Counted from the first letter of the stretch, positions 1 to 11,810 are shown. The stretch is DNA of 64,000 bases from Clostridia bacterium (GCA_017937655.1 JAGBDE010000009.1:5944-69943), one strand, 5' to 3'. A program made the numbers and translations. Notes: generated by a model not told the origin, from the letters alone.

Positions 1-734
1 AGCATGCCCTGATGATTGTGGGTGATATCATCCAGGCGGGAGCGATCCACTTCCTGCACGGGAATGTGCCGTTCCTTGGCCATCTGGACAATCTCCCGGG
101 CGGAGCCGCTGAGCTCGCCCCGGGCCACCAGCAGTTTCTCGATGTCCCGGCCGCTCTTGAGGGCCTCGCGGATGGGGTTACGGCCGCTGAGCAGGTTCTC
201 GTTGGGCACGATCTCCGGCTCCACGTCAATGGCGGTCTGATAGGCGGCGGGGCCCTCAAACCGGTTCTTCATGCGGAATTCCTCATCCCGGCGGCTCTGC
301 TTCTGCTCCGCATAGGGCTGGGGCGTGGTGCGGCTGCCCCGCTCCTCGTAGCGGGGAGCAAACTTGGAAAAGCGCATCTCGCCATGACCACGGTCGTTCT
401 TGGGGCCGCGGAAATTGTCACGGGCAGGACGGTCGTCAAAACGGCGATCGTTCTGGCGACGGTCATTGTCGAAGGAACGTCCGCCATTGCGGCGATCCTC
501 AAAGCCGTGGCCGCCGTTCTTGCGAGGGCCGCGATCGTCAAAGCGGCGGTCGTCCTCAAACTTGCGGCCGTTGCCACCGTGAGGGGCGTGGCTGCGGCCG
601 GCGGGCTTGCCTTTGCCGCCAAAGCCACTCTTGCCGGAGTAGCGGCTGCCTTCGTCGTCAAATCCGCCGCGGGCCTGGGCGGTCATCTGCTTTTCCTTGC
701 GGGTCTTTGCCTTGATATCTTTATAAAATGCCAT
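1..734 (-). CDS. rlmB: 23S rRNA (guanosine-2'-O)-methyltransferase RlmB/TrmH family. N-terminal part only (runs off the left edge). Carries a ~170-aa Arg/Gly/Asp/Phe-rich N-terminal extension.
   Basis: Own minus-strand translation from the ATG at 734..732; it is absent from the ORF track because there is no stop in the window. It starts MAFYKDIKAKTRKEKQ. After RFDDR-type low-complexity repeats it reads NLLSGRNPIREALKSGRDIEKLLVARGELSGSAREIVQMAKERHIPVQEVDRSRLDDITHNHQG, the substrate-binding N-domain typical of RlmB/YacO. AGGAG lies 10 nt upstream. The mrnC-thyX-rlmB order resembles the Bacillus mrnC-rlmB neighbourhood. Confidence 0.8.
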   Translation of the reverse strand, partial: MAFYKDIKAKTRKEKQMTAQARGGFDDEGSRYSGKSGFGGKGKPAGRSHAPHGGNGRKFEDDRRFDDRGPRKNGGHGFEDRRNGGRSFDNDRRQNDRRFDDRPARDNFRGPKNDRGHGEMRFSKFAPRYEERGSRTTPQPYAEQKQSRRDEEFRMKNRFEGPAAYQTAIDVEPEIVPNENLLSGRNPIREALKSGRDIEKLLVARGELSGSAREIVQMAKERHIPVQEVDRSRLDDITHNHQGM

Positions 735-774
735 GGTTTCACTGCTCCTGATTCTTTTTATTCTCTTTGTTGGT

Positions 775-1521
775 TCAGCCGTTTTCCTCTACGCTTTGGA
801 TGAATGCCTGCCGTTCCTTGCGGATCTGCCCCGCCTTGCCGCAGGTCTTCTCGCCCTCGGGGCATGCGCCGCGGACGCAGCCGGGGCCGGCGTCCTTAAA
901 CAGGGCCGGGGCCACCCGGTAGCACTGCTCAAACATGCTCTGGGCCATCTGGCGGATTTCCCACTGGGCGCGGCTGCACATGCGCAGGGCAAAGAAATGC
1001 CTGAGTTCCCGTACATTCATGGTGAACAGAATGCGGGTCTCGCATGCGCCGGGCAGCACAAAACGGGCGTCCTCGTTGCTCTTTTCGCCGGCGGCGCCAA
1101 GCTTCTGCTGCCAGTCCTCGTACCACTGCTGGATCTGGGCCATCTGGCTGTTGTATTCCGCAACCGCTTCGTCGCCCAAATCCCGGATGGCCGGGGGGAT
1201 GATGTAGCCAAAGCCGCTCTTGTAGCTGACGTACCGCTGGCTTTGCACGCTGAAGCTGGCGATGCGGTGCCGGGTCAGCTGGGCCAGCAGCACCCGGCTG
1301 ACGCCCTCTGCCAGGAAGGTGAAGGAGGCATGCTCCAGCACGCTTTCATGACCCATGCCCATGATCTTTTCCAGAAAGCCCTGCTGGTCCTGGGTGGATA
1401 CCTTCTGCATCAGCGAATCCACGTCGCCGCCTGCATAGCAGAGCCTTGCGCCCAGGGCAACCAGGGCCTGGCTGTCCGGTGTGTGTTCTACCAGAATCAC
1501 TCTTTGTGTGCGCTCCGGCAT
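775..1521 (-). CDS. thyX: FAD-dependent thymidylate synthase ThyX
   Basis: 248-aa ORF with the ThyX signature RHRxxSxxxxSxRY (TRHRIASFSVQSQRY) and HESVLEH. Confidence 0.93.
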   Translation of the reverse strand: MPERTQRVILVEHTPDSQALVALGARLCYAGGDVDSLMQKVSTQDQQGFLEKIMGMGHESVLEHASFTFLAEGVSRVLLAQLTRHRIASFSVQSQRYVSYKSGFGYIIPPAIRDLGDEAVAEYNSQMAQIQQWYEDWQQKLGAAGEKSNEDARFVLPGACETRILFTMNVRELRHFFALRMCSRAQWEIRQMAQSMFEQCYRVAPALFKDAGPGCVRGACPEGEKTCGKAGQIRKERQAFIQSVEENG

Positions 1522-1589
1522 ATGAGTATCCTCCCTCTGATCAGGCGGTTTTCCGCCTTTGCTGATTGGAAAAAACGTAACATCTTATT

Positions 1590-1997
1590 TTAATGGATAG
1601 CCTGGGCAATGTCAAATATTTCGCCAATTCTTTCCATCTGTCCGGACAGGTAGAGGTAGCCCATCAGCGCCTCCAGGCCGGTGGCCAGGGAATAGTCCGC
1701 CGGATCCTGGTTTTTGGGCGCGGCGTGCTTTGCATGGGCGTTGCTGCCCCGGCGCACAATATCCTCCTCCGCTTCCGTCAAATGGGGGCGGATGACCCGC
1801 ATGGCCTCGGCCTGGGCGGCAGCGTTGACCAGCTTCACCGCCTGCTTGTGCAGCATGCCCGCCTTCCAACCGCCGGTTAAGAGGCTGCGGCGTACCAGCA
1901 GATCCCACACCGTGTCGCCGATATACGCCAGCGCCAGCGGGGTCTTGAGCCGGGCTTCCGTTTCCGTCATCAGGGGGGTGAATAATTCCGTGACCAT
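1590..1997 (-). CDS. mrnC: Mini-ribonuclease 3
   Basis: 135-aa ORF. LALAYIGDTVWDLLVRR and TGLEALMGYLYLSG match the RNase III-like catalytic core of MrnC/YazC. Confidence 0.85.
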   Translation of the reverse strand: MVTELFTPLMTETEARLKTPLALAYIGDTVWDLLVRRSLLTGGWKAGMLHKQAVKLVNAAAQAEAMRVIRPHLTEAEEDIVRRGSNAHAKHAAPKNQDPADYSLATGLEALMGYLYLSGQMERIGEIFDIAQAIH

Positions 1998-2087
1998 TTC
2001 ATTGCCTCGCTTTACAGTGCATTTTTTGCCATTTTCATCATATCACGTAAGCCTTTTGGGCGCAACTGATATTCCTGCATTTTTCCC

Positions 2088-2116
2088 TTGTATCTGGGGG
2101 CCGGCTGTGCTACAAT
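2088..2116 (+). promoter_or_regulatory. Candidate sigma-A promoter of uvrA (TTGTAT-17 nt-TGcTACAAT)
   Basis: -35 TTGTAT at 2088..2093, a 17-nt spacer, and an extended -10 TGC-TACAAT at 2108..2116, about 50 nt upstream of the uvrA start. Confidence 0.5.
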
Positions 2117-2119
2117 ACC

Positions 2120-2141
2120 GATGCGAACATTCTTTCGCATC
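2120..2141 (+). promoter_or_regulatory. LexA/SOS (Cheo-type) box candidate overlapping the uvrA transcription start
   Basis: GATGCGAACATTCTTTCGCATC is an inverted repeat (GATGCGAA/TTCGCATC). It contains CGAAC-N4-TTTCG, one mismatch from the Firmicutes CGAAC-N4-GTTCG box, and starts immediately after the -10. uvrA is a classical SOS gene. Confidence 0.5.
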
Positions 2142-2167
2142 AATTTTGCATTATGAGGTGGAAACCC

Positions 2168-5008
<2,841 letters not shown>

Positions 5009-5112
5009 AAACAGTAAATCTCCGGCCATCGCGGTGCTGCTGCGGTGGCTTTTCTTGTTTTTTTGCCGGACATCCGTTATACTGACACCAACCCACATAA
5101 AGGAGTTTTGCC

Positions 5113-6090
5113 ATGAAATATGCTGTCATATCGGACATACATGGAAACGAGCCGGTGCTTCGGGCTGTCTTGGAAGACGCGCAAAACAGAAAAGTGGACG
5201 GCTTTCTCCTTCTGGGAGACTATTGCCTCAGCCACCCCTTTCCCAACGAATGCGTGGAACTGATCCGTAGCCTGCCAGGCGCACTGGTGGTTTCCGGCAA
5301 CGAAGAAGGGCGGCTTTCTGCCCTTTGCGGCCAGGATCAAAGCACCTGGACAGACGGCCAGATGCAGGTTTCCTACTGGTGTTACCGTACTATGACCCCT
5401 GAGAACATAAACTACATCGGCCATCTGCCCGGCAGGATCGACACCGTGCTGAACGGCGTGCCGGTGCACATGGCCCATTCGTCGGCCGAATTTCTCGGCG
5501 ACTGTGCGCATCATCAGTGGGACGCAGCTTCTCTTGCCCTGCACTGCGGCGAAAGCTTCATTTCCTCCGATCAACGGAAGGAAAAAATCCACCGTTATCT
5601 CAGCAGCAACGAAGCCTTCCAGCGGACCTTGGCCGCCTTACCGGATGGCGTGTACCTTTTTGGACATTCCCATGTACAATGGAGTTACTTAACCCCGGAT
5701 GGCAAAAAGCTTCTGATGAACCCCGGCTCCTGCGGCCTGCCTTTGGATTGTACTCTTGAGGGCGCGCCCTACACCATCCTGGATCTGTCAGAACCTGGCC
5801 ACATCGGTGTGGAGGAGATCCGTCTGCCGGTCAGCCTGGAGAAACAGATTCAAACCATACGGGAAAGCGACCAATACATCCACGCCCAGGTATGGAGCGA
5901 GATCATCATAAAAGAACTGAAAAAGTGCAGAGAACAGATTGTCTTCTTTTTGCAGTTTGTGGAAAGTTACGCAAACCAGATCAGCGACCCGGTTCGGCCT
6001 TATTCCGTCAAAACCTGGGAGGCCGCCTTCCGCCTTTGGAACGGCCCCCAGGCGGGATCCATCCCCGGTGGAAATATTGCGAAAGCGTGA
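5113..6090 (+). CDS. Metallophosphoesterase family protein (cytoplasmic)
   Basis: MKYAVISDIHGN, LLLGDY, GNEE and GHSH motifs of calcineurin-like phosphoesterases. No signal peptide. Confidence 0.75.
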   Translation: MKYAVISDIHGNEPVLRAVLEDAQNRKVDGFLLLGDYCLSHPFPNECVELIRSLPGALVVSGNEEGRLSALCGQDQSTWTDGQMQVSYWCYRTMTPENINYIGHLPGRIDTVLNGVPVHMAHSSAEFLGDCAHHQWDAASLALHCGESFISSDQRKEKIHRYLSSNEAFQRTLAALPDGVYLFGHSHVQWSYLTPDGKKLLMNPGSCGLPLDCTLEGAPYTILDLSEPGHIGVEEIRLPVSLEKQIQTIRESDQYIHAQVWSEIIIKELKKCREQIVFFLQFVESYANQISDPVRPYSVKTWEAAFRLWNGPQAGSIPGGNIAKA

Positions 6091-6153
6091 AAATTCATGT
6101 ATAATGAAATGGTACCGAAACCCGACTTTTTCACGGAAAGGAAGCGATTTCTC

Positions 6154-7170
6154 ATGAAAAAATTCATTTCCCTGCTTCTGTGCGTCCTGATGGTCATGAG
6201 CCTTGCGGCTTGCTCCAAGAAGGTTGAAGAGCCCAAGGCTGATGAGCCCGCCGCCAAGCTGAAGGTGGCCCTGTGCGTGGCCGGCAGCCTGGGCGACCAG
6301 GGCTTCTATGACAGCGCCAACGACGGCCTGCAGAAGCTGGTTGCCGAATACGGCGTCATCCCCAGCGTTGTGGAATGCAAGGGCGACGCCAGCGTGTTCC
6401 AGCCCAGCCTGGTCAACGCTGCCATGAACAACGATATCGTCATCGCTGTGGGCTGGGAGTTCTGGGATGGCCTGACCGAGGTTGTGCCCCAGATGCCCAA
6501 CACCAAGTTCATCTACATTGACAACGGCCTGCAGATTGAGGGCTGCAACAACCTGCTCTCCATCACCTACAAGGAAAACCAGGCCAGCTTCCTGGCAGGC
6601 TACATCGCCATGAAGCTCTCCCCCAACAGCACCGTTGGCGTCATCGGCGGTGAGGACAGCGATACCATCAACAACTTCATCGTGGGTTACAAGCAGGGCG
6701 CCCTGTACGCCAACCCCGAAGGCACCGTGCTGGATCCCCTCTATGCCAACACCTACGAAGACCCCGCCGTGGGCAAGGACTATGCGCTGAACCTGTACGG
6801 CAAGGGCGCGGACGTCATCTTCCAGGTGGCCGACCTGACCGGTATGGGCGTGTTTGAAGCCGGCGCCGAGCAGGGCAAGTTCGCCATCGGCGTGGACAAG
6901 GATCAGAAGTACGTCAACCCCGACGTCATCGTCTGCTCCATGCTCAAGAAGGTGGGCGACAGCATCTACATGGCCATCTCTGACTTCATCACCAAGGGCG
7001 AATTCGCCGGCGGCACCATCTGGGATGCCGACATGACCACCGGCCTGGTGGACATCGGCTACGGCGATCCCTCCATGACCCAGCAGGTCTCCGACGAGCT
7101 GAAGGCCGAAGTGGAAGATCTCAAGCAGAAGATCATCTCCGGCGAGATCGTTGTGGACAGCACCCGCTAA
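6154..7170 (+). CDS. BMP-family (PnrA/Med-like) ABC transporter substrate-binding lipoprotein
   Basis: MKKFISLLLCVLMVMSLAACS is a lipobox signal. The BMP-type body includes VGVIGGEDSDTINNFIVGYKQGA. An RBS GGAAAGGAAG precedes the ATG at 6154. ABC ATPase and permease genes lie downstream. Confidence 0.85.
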   Translation: MKKFISLLLCVLMVMSLAACSKKVEEPKADEPAAKLKVALCVAGSLGDQGFYDSANDGLQKLVAEYGVIPSVVECKGDASVFQPSLVNAAMNNDIVIAVGWEFWDGLTEVVPQMPNTKFIYIDNGLQIEGCNNLLSITYKENQASFLAGYIAMKLSPNSTVGVIGGEDSDTINNFIVGYKQGALYANPEGTVLDPLYANTYEDPAVGKDYALNLYGKGADVIFQVADLTGMGVFEAGAEQGKFAIGVDKDQKYVNPDVIVCSMLKKVGDSIYMAISDFITKGEFAGGTIWDADMTTGLVDIGYGDPSMTQQVSDELKAEVEDLKQKIISGEIVVDSTR

Positions 7171-7191
7171 GCAAGTTTCTGATTGCCAATC

Positions 7192-7237
7192 CCCCATGGG
7201 GCCGATGTGTATACGTCGGCCTCATGGGGCGTTTTTT
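7192..7237 (+). terminator. Intra-operon rho-independent terminator/attenuator after the binding-protein gene
   Basis: CCCCATGGGGCCGA-loop-TCGGCCTCATGGGG is a 14-bp stem with one mismatch, followed by CGTTTTTT. Confidence 0.6.
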
Positions 7238-7259
7238 CCTTGAAAGAAAGGATTTGCTG

Positions 7260-7883
7260 ATGATGAAAAGAATACTGACTTTCCTGCTGAGCGCCATGCT
7301 TTTGTGCCTGTTTGCCGTCCCGGGCGCTGCCGAGGGCAATTTTTACTGGGATGCCGCAGATAAGCTGTGCGGACGTATGTTTGTTCTGGCGCTTGACCCG
7401 CAGTACCTGGGCTATATGCTGGGCAAGGACGTTACGGAAACTTCTGCCCTTGCATCCATGCAGGCCCTCGCCGGGAAGAAGCCCTTTCAGCGGCAGTTCT
7501 ACCGTTTCAAAGGCTCCGAGGGAAACCTGGGCGCGCTGCTGGGCCAGTCGGAAACGGCCACGCCCAACCCCGTCATTACCGATGAGCTTCTTCTTCGGTT
7601 AAATGGGGCTCTGCCCGATTATCTGAACGGCTACATCGGCGGCACAGACTGGCTTGCGCTTTCCTCATGCCTCACTGTCAGCGAGACCTTCCTGATGCCA
7701 CAGAATTTCCAGCCCGGCACGCTAGCTTTGCTTTATGATGGCTGCGACGCCGCCGTGATGGTCACATTCACCCAGACCGGCGAGGAAACCATCACCGCAA
7801 CCGCAAAAATGATTCCCGCAAAAGCGCTGGATGAACAGGAGATACTGCTCTATATCAACATGCTGTGGGAACGGGTAGAATAA
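7260..7883 (+). CDS. Hypothetical secreted protein, inserted between the binding-protein and ATPase genes
   Basis: MMKRILTFLLSAMLLCLFAVPGAAEG is a signal peptide. No recognisable motif. The start at 7260 was chosen because the track start at 7224 lies inside the terminator hairpin. Confidence 0.55.
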   Translation: MMKRILTFLLSAMLLCLFAVPGAAEGNFYWDAADKLCGRMFVLALDPQYLGYMLGKDVTETSALASMQALAGKKPFQRQFYRFKGSEGNLGALLGQSETATPNPVITDELLLRLNGALPDYLNGYIGGTDWLALSSCLTVSETFLMPQNFQPGTLALLYDGCDAAVMVTFTQTGEETITATAKMIPAKALDEQEILLYINMLWERVE

Positions 7884-7926
7884 ACCCATACAAATTACCA
7901 AACGGACGCACCAAGGAGGCGCAGCC

Positions 7927-9477
7927 ATGTCCACCCCCAACGAAATTGTCCGCTTCTCCCATGTGAGCAAGCAGTTTCCCGGCACCCTGGCCAACGACGA
8001 CATCAGCCTGAGCATCATGAAGGGCGAGGTGTTTGCGCTGGTGGGCGAAAACGGCGCGGGCAAATCTACGCTGATGAACCTGCTGTACGGCCTGCAGGAC
8101 GTGACGCTGGGCGAGATCACCATCGACGGTACCAAGATTACCGCCCAGCACAACCCGGAAAAGGCCATGGAACTGGGCGTGAGCATGGTTCACCAGCATT
8201 TCAAGCTGGTGCCCAGTTTTACCGTCGCCCAGAACATCCTGCTGGGCCACGAGCCCAAAAAGGGCCTGGCCTATGACTTTGCCGCTGCCCGGGAAACCGT
8301 GCGGAAGCTGAGCGAAACCTACGGCCTGGAGGTCAACCCGGACGACGAAGTGCAAAAGCTGTCCATCGGCCTGCAGCAGCGTGTGGAAATCCTCAAGGCA
8401 TTGCGCATCGGCGCCAAGGTGCTGATCCTGGACGAGCCCACCGCCGTCCTCACCCCCCAGGAGACCGACGAGCTGTTCGACGTCATCCGCCGCATTGTGC
8501 GGGAAAACGGCATGACGGTGATCCTCATCACCCACCGGCTGCCGGAAGTGATGCAGATCAGCGACCGGGTGGGCGTGATGAAGCGGGGCAAGCTGGTCAG
8601 CGTGCTGGAAACCGCCGCCACCTCCCAGCGGGAGATCGCCTCGCTGATGGTGGGCCGAGACGTGATTTTTGACGAGCTGCGCACGGAGCATCCCCTGGGC
8701 GAGGAACGCCTTGTGCTGAAAGGCCTCCAGGCGGACAGCGACCGCAATCTGCCTGCCCTTAGGGGCATCGACCTTAAGGTGCATGCCGGGGAGATCGTGG
8801 GCGTGTGCGGCGTGGAGGGCAACGGTCAGACCGAGCTGGCGGAATGCATCATGGGCATCCGGCCCCAGACCGGCGGCCAGGTGCTGCTGAATGGCGTGGA
8901 CATCAGCCGGCTTGGCCCCCGGGAGATCCGGGAAAAGGGCGTCAGCTTCATCCCTGAAGACCGCATGACCACCGGCGCGGACGCCAAGTCCTCCGTGGAG
9001 GAAAACCTGCTGCTGGGTAAGCAGAAAAAGAAGGAATTCAGCCTTTTCGGCATCCACCTGAAGCGGAAAGCCGTCCGGGACTACGCCAACACCCTGCAGG
9101 AGAAATTCGATATCCGCACCTCCGGCGTGGAGGAAAAGATGAGCTCCCTGTCCGGCGGCAACATCCAGAAAGTGGTCATCGCCCGGGAATTCAGCTTCGA
9201 AACCCCGGTGCTCATCATCAGCCAGCCCACCCGCGGCGTGGACATCGGCGCCATTGAATTTATTCACGAGCGCATCATGCAAAAGCGCAACGAGGGCGCG
9301 GCCATCCTGCTCATCAGCGCCGACCTGGACGAGCTGTTCCGCCTCAGCGACCGGCTGGTGACCATTTACGAAGGCAAACTGACCGGCTCCTTCCAAACCG
9401 AGGACATCACCCGGGAGGAGATCGGCTACTACATGACAGGCGCGGGCCACGAGGGAAAGGAGGAGAAACATGCGTAA
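7927..9477 (+). CDS. ABC transporter ATP-binding protein, tandem ATPase (nucleoside/sugar CUT2 type)
   Basis: Two ATPase domains. Walker A is GENGAGKST, LSIGLQQRVEI and LSGGNIQKVVI are the signature motifs, and LILDEPT is Walker B. Confidence 0.9.
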   Translation: MSTPNEIVRFSHVSKQFPGTLANDDISLSIMKGEVFALVGENGAGKSTLMNLLYGLQDVTLGEITIDGTKITAQHNPEKAMELGVSMVHQHFKLVPSFTVAQNILLGHEPKKGLAYDFAAARETVRKLSETYGLEVNPDDEVQKLSIGLQQRVEILKALRIGAKVLILDEPTAVLTPQETDELFDVIRRIVRENGMTVILITHRLPEVMQISDRVGVMKRGKLVSVLETAATSQREIASLMVGRDVIFDELRTEHPLGEERLVLKGLQADSDRNLPALRGIDLKVHAGEIVGVCGVEGNGQTELAECIMGIRPQTGGQVLLNGVDISRLGPREIREKGVSFIPEDRMTTGADAKSSVEENLLLGKQKKKEFSLFGIHLKRKAVRDYANTLQEKFDIRTSGVEEKMSSLSGGNIQKVVIAREFSFETPVLIISQPTRGVDIGAIEFIHERIMQKRNEGAAILLISADLDELFRLSDRLVTIYEGKLTGSFQTEDITREEIGYYMTGAGHEGKEEKHA

Positions 9478-10552
9478 AAAGCTGGACAAGGATTACCTCA
9501 TTTCCCTGTTTTCCTCCATTTTCCTGGCCTTCTGCGTGGGCGCACTGATCATGCTGATCTGCGGCTACAACCCTATCGACTGCTATGCCAAGCTGTTCGT
9601 GGGCGCGCTGGGCACCCCCTTCGCCCTGGGCAACACCCTGGAAAAGATGATGGTCCTGGCCCTCTGCGGCCTGGCCATGTGCGTGGCTGCACAGGCCGGC
9701 ATCTTCAACGTGGGCGGCGAGGGCCAGCTGTTCATGGGCGCTTTGGCTGCTGCCGTGGTGGGCGCGCAGGTGAAGAACGTCCCCCCGTGGGTGGTGGTAA
9801 TCCTGGCCCTGCTGGCAGCCGTTGCGGCTGGCGGCCTCTACGCCTGGATCCCCGGCGCCATGAAGGTCTACTGGAAGGTGGACGAGGTCATTACCACCAT
9901 CATGCTCAACTCTGCGGCCATCTTCTTTTGCAGCTACATGGCCAACGGCCCCCTGAAGACTGCCGAGAAGGGCATCGCCGTGGGCACGGACAGCATCATG
10001 CCCGAGGCCGCCTTTGCCAAGATCATTCCCATGAGCAACCTGACCACCGCCATCATTTACTCCGCGGTGGTGGCCCTGTTTGTGTGGTACCTGATGACCC
10101 GCAGCGCCACCGGCTACGAGATGAAGCTGACCGGCAACAACGAGCGTTTTGCCAAGTACGGCGGCATTTCCTCCAAGAAGCTGATGCTCCTGGGCATGGT
10201 GCTTTCCGGCGCCATCTGCGGCCTGTGCGGCATGCTGGAGATTTTCGGTTTGCACAAGCGGTTCATCACCACCATTTCCAACGAGTTCTACTTTGACGGC
10301 ATGCTGGTGGCCATGATCATGCGCTACAGTCCCTTCGGCACCATCGTCATGAGCCTGTTCTTCGCCGTCCTGAACATCGGCGGCAAGGCCATGCAGCTCA
10401 GCGCAGGCATCTCCAGCGAGGTCATCCAGATTGTCCAGTCCGTCATCATCTTCTTTATGGCGGCCGAGGGCGGCATCCGCACCATGCTGAAAGAAAAGGC
10501 AGCCCTGCGCAAAGCCCGCGTTGAGGCCGCCCGGAAGGAGGCCCTGCAATGA
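9470..10552 (+). CDS. ABC transporter permease (BMP/CUT2 system)
   Basis: 360-aa polytopic ORF. Its start overlaps the ATPase stop. It has the typical branched-chain/ribose-type permease fold signature. Confidence 0.85.
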   Translation: MRKKLDKDYLISLFSSIFLAFCVGALIMLICGYNPIDCYAKLFVGALGTPFALGNTLEKMMVLALCGLAMCVAAQAGIFNVGGEGQLFMGALAAAVVGAQVKNVPPWVVVILALLAAVAAGGLYAWIPGAMKVYWKVDEVITTIMLNSAAIFFCSYMANGPLKTAEKGIAVGTDSIMPEAAFAKIIPMSNLTTAIIYSAVVALFVWYLMTRSATGYEMKLTGNNERFAKYGGISSKKLMLLGMVLSGAICGLCGMLEIFGLHKRFITTISNEFYFDGMLVAMIMRYSPFGTIVMSLFFAVLNIGGKAMQLSAGISSEVIQIVQSVIIFFMAAEGGIRTMLKEKAALRKARVEAARKEALQ

Positions 10553-11496
10553 GTGAAATTTTCAACATGGCCTTGTTCCAGCAGACCATCCGCGCAGCTA
10601 CCCCGGTCATTCTGGCGGCCCTGGGCTGCCTGATGACCCAGCATGTGAACATCACCAACATCGGTATTGACGGCATGATGCTCATCGGCGCGTTCTTTGC
10701 GGTGCTGGGCAGCTTCATGTGCAAAAGCTGGGTGGTTGGCCTGCTCTTCGCCGTCATCCTGGGCGTGCTGCTGGGCCTGTTCTACTACCTGCTGGTCATC
10801 AAATTCGGCAGCGACGAGTTCATCATCGGCGTGGCGCTGAACCTGTTCGCGGCAGGCCTGACCACCTTCCTGCTTCGCACCCTGCCCCTGTTTGCGGTGG
10901 ACGGCAAGCTGGCCTCCGGCTCCTTCAAGAGTCCCGGCATCGACCCCCTGCCGGTGATTGAAATCCCCCTGCTCAAGGACATCCCCATCCTGGGCGATCT
11001 TCTCAGCGGCTACTCCCTGCTGGTGTACGTCAGCTGGGTGCTGATTTTCGTCTGCTGGTACATGATCTACAAGACCCCCTGGGGCTTCCACCTGCGGGCC
11101 TCCGGCGAGTACCCGGACGCCTTGGAATCCAGCGGCAAAAGCCCCGCCAAAATGAAGCTGACCGCCAGCGTCCTCTGCGGCGTGCTGAGCTGTGTGGCAG
11201 GCGCGCATCTGAGCCTGGGCTATGTGACCATGTTCACGGAAAACATGTCTAACTCCCGGGGCTACGTGGCCTTCGCCTGCGTCATCTTCGGCCGGGGCAA
11301 TCCTCCCCGGGTTTTCCTGGCGGCGCTGCTGTTTGGCTTCATCGACGCGCTGGGCATGAACATGCAGAAATACCTTGCCAGCGACCTGACCGCCATGGCC
11401 CCGTACCTGGTCACCGTGATCATGATGGTGGCGGTGGTGCTGTGGGACCGGCGCAAAAAACAGAAAAAACAGGTCCCCGAACCCGTAAAACAGTAA
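10549..11496 (+). CDS. ABC transporter permease (second subunit)
   Basis: 315-aa polytopic ORF with an ATGA start/stop overlap with the preceding permease. Confidence 0.85.
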   Translation: MSEIFNMALFQQTIRAATPVILAALGCLMTQHVNITNIGIDGMMLIGAFFAVLGSFMCKSWVVGLLFAVILGVLLGLFYYLLVIKFGSDEFIIGVALNLFAAGLTTFLLRTLPLFAVDGKLASGSFKSPGIDPLPVIEIPLLKDIPILGDLLSGYSLLVYVSWVLIFVCWYMIYKTPWGFHLRASGEYPDALESSGKSPAKMKLTASVLCGVLSCVAGAHLSLGYVTMFTENMSNSRGYVAFACVIFGRGNPPRVFLAALLFGFIDALGMNMQKYLASDLTAMAPYLVTVIMMVAVVLWDRRKKQKKQVPEPVKQ

Positions 11497-11510
11497 CCCT
11501 TTTTTCCAGT

Positions 11511-11545
11511 GTCAAGGCGTTTCAAAGCGCCTTGACTTTTTTTCG
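11511..11545 (+). terminator. Rho-independent terminator of the ABC operon
   Basis: GTCAAGGCG-loop-CGCCTTGAC followed by TTTTTTT. Confidence 0.7.
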
Positions 11546-11570
11546 CAGCAACGGCAAACCGGCGGCCTTT

Positions 11571-11689
11571 TTCTCCACATTTTCTGTGGAAAACGCATTA
11601 TACATTCCCTTTTCAACAGCAAGTTTTCCACAATTTGGGCCTTTTCAAATAGAAATATAGTCTTTTTGCGTGGAAAACCCTGTGGATTA
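11571..11689. promoter_or_regulatory. Cluster of five DnaA-box-like 9-mers flanking an AT-rich stretch
   Basis: The boxes are TTCTCCACA (11571..11579), TTTTCCACA (rc of 11585..11593), TTTTCCACA (11624..11632), TTTTCCACG (rc of 11669..11677) and TAATCCACA (rc of 11681..11689). Each has 1-2 mismatches to TTATCCACA. The AT-rich run TTTTCAAATAGAAATATAGTCTTTTT lies between boxes 3 and 4. Confidence 0.45.
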
Positions 11690-11810
11690 TGTGGGAAAGC
11701 TGCATGAAAAGATGCATATGTGCATATGCAATGTCCCGGCTGGCAAAATTTGGTTCATCTTTCCAAAAATGCCGCATAAGCTGTCAACAAAAACGGCTGG
11801 AGGCACAGGG

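Noticed and set aside
12-803. 263-aa plus-strand ORF at the left edge
   Set aside because: It is antisense to the rlmB N-terminal region, which translates cleanly on the minus strand into a recognisable RlmB domain.
11571-11689. Calling the DnaA-box cluster the chromosomal origin (oriC)
   Set aside because: There is no dnaA, dnaN or rpmH nearby and no obvious gene-orientation switch at this point. GC skew cannot be computed here. It is reported only as a DnaA-box cluster.
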